Positions 12,582 through 17,262 of a stretch of DNA of 17,262 nt are shown here, in pieces. The position numbers were made by a program, and so were the translations under genes. A model generated the notes under the pieces. It was given only the letters and a program-made list of their open reading frames with translations, did not search any database and was not told where the DNA came from. The number at the start of each line of letters is the position of its first letter. Position 1 is the stretch's first letter. This DNA is from Bordetella parapertussis (GTDB taxonomy: Bacteria; Pseudomonadota; Gammaproteobacteria; Burkholderiales; Burkholderiaceae_B): assembly GCA_945887835.1 (NCBI GenBank), contig CAMCZQ010000065.1, positions 1 through 17,262 of the forward strand, written 5' to 3'.

Positions 12582-14489
12582 ATGAATCAAGCAACTCCAG
12601 CGGCAGACGCCGCTCAAACGATGGGTTTTCAGGCTGAAGTCAAGCAGCTGATGCACCTGATGATCCATTCGCTGTACAGCAATAAAGAGATTTTTTTGCG
12701 TGAATTAGTCTCTAACGCCTCAGACGCTTGCGACAAGCTGCGCTTTGAAGCGATTGATCAGCCTGCGCTGCTTGAGGGTGTTGGTGTCTTGAACGTGCGC
12801 GTTGATTTTGACAAGGCTGCACGCACGATTACGATTACGGACAATGGCGTTGGCATGTCGCGCGACGAGGCTGTCGCTAACTTAGGCACCATCGCACGTT
12901 CGGGCACGCACGAGTTTTTCTCTAAGCTGACCGGCGACAACAAAAAAGATGCGCAGCTAATTGGTCAGTTTGGCGTGGGGTTTTATTCATCTTTTATTGT
13001 TGCAGACAAGGTGACGGTGCGCACGCGCCGTGCGGGCGCCCCCGCCGAGCAAGGTGTGGTGTGGGAATCTGACGGCCAGGGCGAGTTCACGATTGCAGCG
13101 CTTGAGCGTGCCGAACGCGGCACCGAAGTCACGCTGCATTTGCGCGCCGATGAAGACGAGTTTTTGAATGGTTACAAATTGCGCGAAGTGCTGCGCCGCT
13201 ATTCGGACCACATTTCTTTGCCTGTTGAAATGCTCAAAGAAGAGTGGGATAAGGATAAGTCAGAGCAAGTCAAAACAACTGAATGGGAAGCGGTCAATCA
13301 AGCCAACGCGTTATGGACACGCAGCAAGTCTGACGTCACCGACGAGCAATATCGCGAGTTTTACAAGCATGTGTCGCATGATTTTGACGATCCGCTCGCC
13401 TGGACGCACAACCGCGTCGAAGGTCGCAGCGAGTACACGCAACTGTTGTTTATTCCGAAGCATGCGCCCTTTGATATGTGGGATCGCGATGCGCGTCGTG
13501 GCGTTAAGCTTTACGTTAAGCGTGTGTTTATTATGGACGATGCTGAGCAGATGCTGCCTTCGTACTTGCGCTTTGTGCGTGGGGTGATTGACTCGGCTGA
13601 TTTGCCACTAAACGTCTCGCGTGAGTTGCTGCAAGAAAGCCGCGATGTGAAATCGATTCGTGAAGGTTCGACCAAACGTATTCTCAGCATGCTTGAGGAT
13701 TTGGCTGAAAACAATAAAGACGATTACGCAACCTTCTGGACCGAGTTTGGTCAGGTTTTGAAAGAAGGCACGGGCGAAGACTCGGGCAATATTGAACGTA
13801 TCTCTAAGTTGTTGCGTTTTGCTTCAACCAAGCAGGGCTCAGACGCGCAAAACGTCACCTTGGCCGATTACGTTGCTGAGATGAAAGACGGGCAAGACAA
13901 AATTTATTATGTCACGGCCGACAGTTATACCGCCGGTAGCAACAGCCCGCATATCGAGATTTTCCGTAAGAAAGGCATCGACGTGTTGGTGATGTGGGAT
14001 CGTGTCGATGAATGGATGCTGTCGCACCTGCGTGAGTTTGATGGCAAGCAGTTGGTATCGGTTGCCAAAGGCGGGCTTGATCTTGAGGCGCTGGCTGATG
14101 ATGAAGAAAAGAAACATCAGACCGAAGTGGCCGAGCAGTTCAAACCACTGGTTGAGCGTTTGCAAGAGTCGTTAAAAGATCGCGTCAAAGAGGTCCGTGT
14201 CACGTTGCGTTTGGTTGATTCGCCTTCTTGCGTGGTCGTGGGGCAAAATGATTTAAGCCCGCACCTGCAACGTATGCTGAAAGCGGCGGGTCAGGCCGCC
14301 CCCGACGTGTTGCCTGTGCTTGAGATTAATCCCGAGCATGCTTTGGTGGCGCGTATACAAACCGCTTCAGACGAAACGTTTAACGACTGGGCGACCTTGT
14401 TGTTTGAACAGGCGCTGTTGGCCGACGGCTCGCAATTGCCTGACCCAACTGCTTTTGTGAAGCGTGTGAATCAGTTGTTGTTGGCTTAG
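12582..14489 (+). CDS. htpG: Molecular chaperone HtpG (Hsp90)
   Basis: 635 aa. GHKL ATPase motifs are present: [52 protein letters not shown]. The protein is colinear with bacterial Hsp90 over its full length. Confidence 0.97.
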   Translation: MNQATPAADAAQTMGFQAEVKQLMHLMIHSLYSNKEIFLRELVSNASDACDKLRFEAIDQPALLEGVGVLNVRVDFDKAARTITITDNGVGMSRDEAVANLGTIARSGTHEFFSKLTGDNKKDAQLIGQFGVGFYSSFIVADKVTVRTRRAGAPAEQGVVWESDGQGEFTIAALERAERGTEVTLHLRADEDEFLNGYKLREVLRRYSDHISLPVEMLKEEWDKDKSEQVKTTEWEAVNQANALWTRSKSDVTDEQYREFYKHVSHDFDDPLAWTHNRVEGRSEYTQLLFIPKHAPFDMWDRDARRGVKLYVKRVFIMDDAEQMLPSYLRFVRGVIDSADLPLNVSRELLQESRDVKSIREGSTKRILSMLEDLAENNKDDYATFWTEFGQVLKEGTGEDSGNIERISKLLRFASTKQGSDAQNVTLADYVAEMKDGQDKIYYVTADSYTAGSNSPHIEIFRKKGIDVLVMWDRVDEWMLSHLREFDGKQLVSVAKGGLDLEALADDEEKKHQTEVAEQFKPLVERLQESLKDRVKEVRVTLRLVDSPSCVVVGQNDLSPHLQRMLKAAGQAAPDVLPVLEINPEHALVARIQTASDETFNDWATLLFEQALLADGSQLPDPTAFVKRVNQLLLA

Positions 14490-14507
14490 AGATCGTGCAG
14501 GGGCTTG

Positions 14508-15077
14508 TCAGTTGTCGCGAGGCGTTGGCCATTGTGCCAACGCTTTAAAACGTAGCCAGTCAAAGCACGGCCCGGGGTCTGTTTTGCGCCCCGGAGCGAT
14601 CTCAGAGTGCCCGGCGGCAGCGTCAAGTGGGTAGCGCGCGCGTAAGCACTGGGTCAGTGCTGCAAGCCGCTCGTACTGACGGTCTTCAAAAGGCCGGTCG
14701 TCAGTGCCCTCAAGCTCAATGCCGATCGAAAAATCATTGCATTGTTCACGCCCTTCAAAAGACGAAGCCCCCGCGTGCCAAGCGCGATCGTCGCACGACA
14801 CGAATTGGGTGATGTGTCCAAGCCGATCGATCACAAAATGCGCCGAAACTTTTAAGCCTTGCACATTCACAAACCATGGATCTGCAGAAATATCGAGTTG
14901 ATTTAAAAATAAATCGGCGATGTAAGGCGTACCAAAACGCCCAGGCGGTAAGGTGATGTTGTGCAACACCAATAAGGACACGGTAGTGCCTGTCGGGCGT
15001 TCGTTGAAGTTAGGCGAGTGCCGCAGCGACACGCCCGGCTCAGTTGCTAGCCAACCATGCGGTTCAAGCGTCAACAA
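14508..15077 (-). CDS. ampD: 1,6-anhydro-N-acetylmuramyl-L-alanine amidase AmpD
   Basis: 189 aa. Motifs: SPNFNERP, LLVLHNITLPPG, VSAHFVIDRLG, AWHAGAS, NDFSIGIELEG, GHSEIAPGRKTDPGPCFDW (Amidase_2/AmpD hallmarks). Confidence 0.92.
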   Translation of the reverse strand: MLTLEPHGWLATEPGVSLRHSPNFNERPTGTTVSLLVLHNITLPPGRFGTPYIADLFLNQLDISADPWFVNVQGLKVSAHFVIDRLGHITQFVSCDDRAWHAGASSFEGREQCNDFSIGIELEGTDDRPFEDRQYERLAALTQCLRARYPLDAAAGHSEIAPGRKTDPGPCFDWLRFKALAQWPTPRDN

Positions 15078-15144
15078 AGTCGATCCTTTTTTGCAATAAG
15101 CTTAACGATTGTTGTGCCACCAGTGCGGCGCGCTTTGAGGTTGT

Positions 15145-15405
15145 TTAATCTTGTGGGCGCGCGCCAAGCTTCGCATGGGCTGGCGTGCACCAAGTATTTT
15201 GCTCAATCAGTGAGGCCTCAGAGCGAGGCAGATGCACACCACAGTGGGCGCAGCGTACCATCGCTTCAGAGTCGGCCACGGGGGCATTTGCTTGAGAGGG
15301 CGCCTGAGGGGGTGGTTGTCTTTTTTTGGCGGCGTGAACGGCCAACAAGCGCGTGATGAAGATCACAACAAAAAATACGCCTGTCCAGAAAAGCGCTTTA
15401 CCCAT
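15145..15405 (-). CDS. Small membrane-anchored Cys-rich (zinc-ribbon-like) protein, PP0621-family-like
   Basis: 86 aa. One N-terminal TM (LFWTGVFFVVIFITRLLAV), a Pro-rich linker, then MVRCAHCGVHLPRSEA...WCTPAH. Its ATG overlaps the upstream stop as TAATG (15407-15403), suggesting translational coupling. Confidence 0.7.
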   Translation of the reverse strand: MGKALFWTGVFFVVIFITRLLAVHAAKKRQPPPQAPSQANAPVADSEAMVRCAHCGVHLPRSEASLIEQNTWCTPAHAKLGARPQD

Positions 15406-16259
15406 TAGTTTCTCTGCAAAATAACTTCAACGACGAAGCGACTGCCAGTGTAAGACAGCACAATAAAGGCGAAGCCGACCAAGGTGTAGCGTAGGGCAAT
15501 GCGGCCACGCCAGCCACGGGTATAACGTCCAACCAACAGAATACCAAAGGCGAACCAAGACAGCAGCGTAAAAATCGTTTTATGGTCAAAGCGCAACCAT
15601 TTACCTGAGGTTGCCATCGAAATCAGCGAGCCAGACACCACCGCAAGCGTCAGCAAGGCAAACCCGACCCAAATGACCCTAAACAGCACCTGCTCTTGAG
15701 CCAAGAGAGGAGGTTGCACGTCAAGAATACGACCCAGTACGACTTTAAGCCGGTTTGCCTCGCGCGCCGATGCCATCGGAAAATGCAGTCTGCGATCAAT
15801 CGCCGACATGAGCAACGCTTGTAAGGCTGCGATCGTGACTAGACCATAGGCCGAGAGTGCGATCAGTAGATGGATCCGCAAGGCAGGGTCAGTCGCATGG
15901 GCGACAAGTTGCTCTTTGGGAAACAAGATGACTAACAGGCAAACGCCCGCGCCGGCGGGCAACAACAGCAATTGCAGGCCATCGATACGAATAATGAGAC
16001 TTTCGAGCCAAAACACGAGCATGCCTAGCCAAATCGCGGTTGACAGGGCGAGCGCCCAACCGAGCTGAAGACGTTGATCAAACAAAATAGACTGGTGCAG
16101 CGCGTAGCCGTGCAGCGCGATGGCCACTAAAAGGCTGCCTCGGGCAAAATAACCGACCTGAACAGGGGGTTGATTTGAAGAGAACAGGCGCCACAGCACC
16201 ACGGCCAGCAAAGAATAGGCCACAGCGGCAAGCGAGTGAAATACAATAGGCGCAGACAT
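15405..16259 (-). CDS. ypjD: Cytochrome c assembly (CcsA/YpjD) family inner-membrane protein
   Basis: The true start is most likely ATG 16259 (MSAPIVFHSLAAVAYSLLAVVLW..., 284 aa, about 8 TM). It is divergent from ffh, as in enterobacterial ypjD-ffh synteny. The 435-aa track ORF extends antisense into ffh. Alternative in-frame ATGs exist at 16286 and 16289. Confidence 0.8.
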   Translation of the reverse strand: MSAPIVFHSLAAVAYSLLAVVLWRLFSSNQPPVQVGYFARGSLLVAIALHGYALHQSILFDQRLQLGWALALSTAIWLGMLVFWLESLIIRIDGLQLLLLPAGAGVCLLVILFPKEQLVAHATDPALRIHLLIALSAYGLVTIAALQALLMSAIDRRLHFPMASAREANRLKVVLGRILDVQPPLLAQEQVLFRVIWVGFALLTLAVVSGSLISMATSGKWLRFDHKTIFTLLSWFAFGILLVGRYTRGWRGRIALRYTLVGFAFIVLSYTGSRFVVEVILQRN

Positions 16260-16287
16260 GTGTCTAGTGTAAATCGAAACAGCCATC

Positions 16288-17262
16288 ATGCTTGAAAATC
16301 TAACCCAGCGACTATCCCGAGTCGTCAAGACTATTCGGGGCGAAGCCCGCCTGACTGAAGCGAACACCCAAGAGATGTTGCGTGAGGTGCGGTTGGCTTT
16401 ACTTGAGGCGGACGTCTCGTTGCCGGTCGTGCGCGAGTTTGTCGCCAACGTTAAAGAAAAGGCTCTGGGCGCAGATGTGGTCGGCAGTTTGTCGCCGGGC
16501 CAAGCCTTAGTGGGCGTGGTGCACCGTGAGTTGACCGCGCTGATGGGGGGCGATTTGGGCCCCGATGCAAGTGAGTTGTCTTTGGCGATGCAGCCACCGG
16601 CAATCATCTTAATGGCCGGTCTACAAGGCGCCGGCAAAACCACCACCACAGGTAAATTAGCCCGCTGGCTGACCGAAGGCGGGCACGTCGCGCACGGACG
16701 TAAAACCGGCAAGAAAAAAGTGGCCGTGGTCAGCGCCGACGTCTATCGCCCAGCGGCAATCGAGCAGTTAAAAACAGTGGCGGCACAGGTGGGGGTCGAA
16801 TGGATCGCCTCTGAGGCGACCCAAAAACCAATCGATATTGCGCGTTCTGCGCTTGATTACGCCAAGCGTCATCATTTTGATGTGTTGATTGTGGATACCG
16901 CAGGTCGCCTGGGTATCGACGAAGAGATGATGCGCGAGATTCGCGAATTACACGAGGTGCTCAACCCGATCGAAACGCTCTTTGTGGTTGACGCCATGCA
17001 GGGTCAAGATGCTGTGAACACGGCGCGTGCTTTTGCCGATGCCTTGCCCTTAACTGGCGTCGTGTTAACCAAGCTTGACGGCGATGCGCGTGGTGGCGCG
17101 GCCCTATCGGTGCGCCATGTCACAGGCAAACCTTTAAAGTTTGTGGGCGTCTCTGAAAAGCTCGATGGCCTTGAGCCCTTTCATCCCGAGCGCATGGCGC
17201 AGCGGGTGTTGGGCATGGGCGATATTTTGTCGCTTGTTGAACAGGCTCAGCAAAATATTGAT
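16288..17262 (+). CDS. ffh: Signal recognition particle protein Ffh (N-terminal 325 codons; continues beyond the window)
   Basis: My translation from ATG 16288 begins MLENLTQRLSRVVKTIRGEARLTEANTQEMLREVRLALLEADVSLPVV.... It contains GLQGAGKTTT (P-loop), DTAGR and TKLDGDARGGAALS. It is not in the track because it has no in-window stop. Confidence 0.95.
   Translation, partial: MLENLTQRLSRVVKTIRGEARLTEANTQEMLREVRLALLEADVSLPVVREFVANVKEKALGADVVGSLSPGQALVGVVHRELTALMGGDLGPDASELSLAMQPPAIILMAGLQGAGKTTTTGKLARWLTEGGHVAHGRKTGKKKVAVVSADVYRPAAIEQLKTVAAQVGVEWIASEATQKPIDIARSALDYAKRHHFDVLIVDTAGRLGIDEEMMREIRELHEVLNPIETLFVVDAMQGQDAVNTARAFADALPLTGVVLTKLDGDARGGAALSVRHVTGKPLKFVGVSEKLDGLEPFHPERMAQRVLGMGDILSLVEQAQQNID

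Noticed and set aside
12758-14901. ORFs within or antisense to htpG and ampD (12758-12943, 12987-13211, 13168-13587, 13511-13714, 13839-14165, 14627-14812, 14704-14901)
   Set aside because: They lie inside unambiguous full-length HtpG and AmpD coding sequences and are shadow frames.
15057-16712. ORFs 15057-15356(+) and 15398-15589(-), and the 435-aa reading of 15405-16712
   Set aside because: The first two are shadows of the small Cys-rich gene and of ypjD. The long reading runs antisense through the ffh 5' end with a Pro/Arg/Ser-rich N-terminus. The membrane-protein part begins at the ATG at 16259.
1-17262. CRISPR arrays, rRNA, IS transposases, toxin-antitoxin pairs, restriction-modification or other canonical defence genes
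   Set aside because: I looked for regularly spaced repeats, transposase-like ORFs and small adjacent ORF pairs, and found none. The only periodic repeats are the att-associated 12-mers and the intragenic 60-nt duplication.

Overview
This is a 17.3-kb proteobacterial chromosomal window. By eye, the flanks are about 50-60% G+C. A roughly 9.1-kb AT-richer island (about 40% G+C by eye) sits in the 3' half of a tRNA-Leu(CAA) gene.

Left flank: the 5' part of a multi-haem c-type cytochrome gene on the minus strand. It has no stop in the window, so it is absent from the ORF track.

Island (980-10086): it is bounded by 169/168-nt imperfect direct repeats that include 53 nt of the tRNA 3' half. Its contents, left to right:
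- a 630-bp ORF-free end with tandem TTTTGTACAACG motifs and an orphan terminator-like hairpin
- a 1015-aa secreted protein combining Sel1 repeats, a coiled coil, a SPOR-like module and an Imm(superinfection immunity)-like membrane anchor
- a probable frameshifted 4-TM membrane-protein gene on the minus strand
- an RDD-family membrane protein
- a 192-aa catalytic-domain-only tyrosine recombinase of FimB/FimE size
- an ~860-bp ORF-free, hairpin-rich spacer containing a 662-bp segment bracketed by long-range inverted repeats
- three small hypothetical genes
- a 420-aa tyrosine integrase abutting the tRNA

Right flank (ordinary core genes): an MmgE/PrpD-family gene, a polytopic membrane protein, a textbook sigma-32 promoter followed by htpG, ampD, a PP0621-like small Cys-rich protein, a ypjD/CcsA-family membrane protein, and the 5' part of ffh.

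Leads worth a second look:
1. The invertase-like recombinase next to the inverted-repeat-bracketed non-coding segment, a candidate phase-variable switch.
2. The unusual Sel1/SPOR/Imm fusion and its neighbouring membrane-protein cargo, a possible envelope-level phage exclusion module.
3. The att architecture: a chimeric tRNA, a repeat that extends 115 bp past the tRNA, and a repeated TGTACAACG motif.

All domain calls come from reading the translations and from memory of family signatures. No database search was possible.
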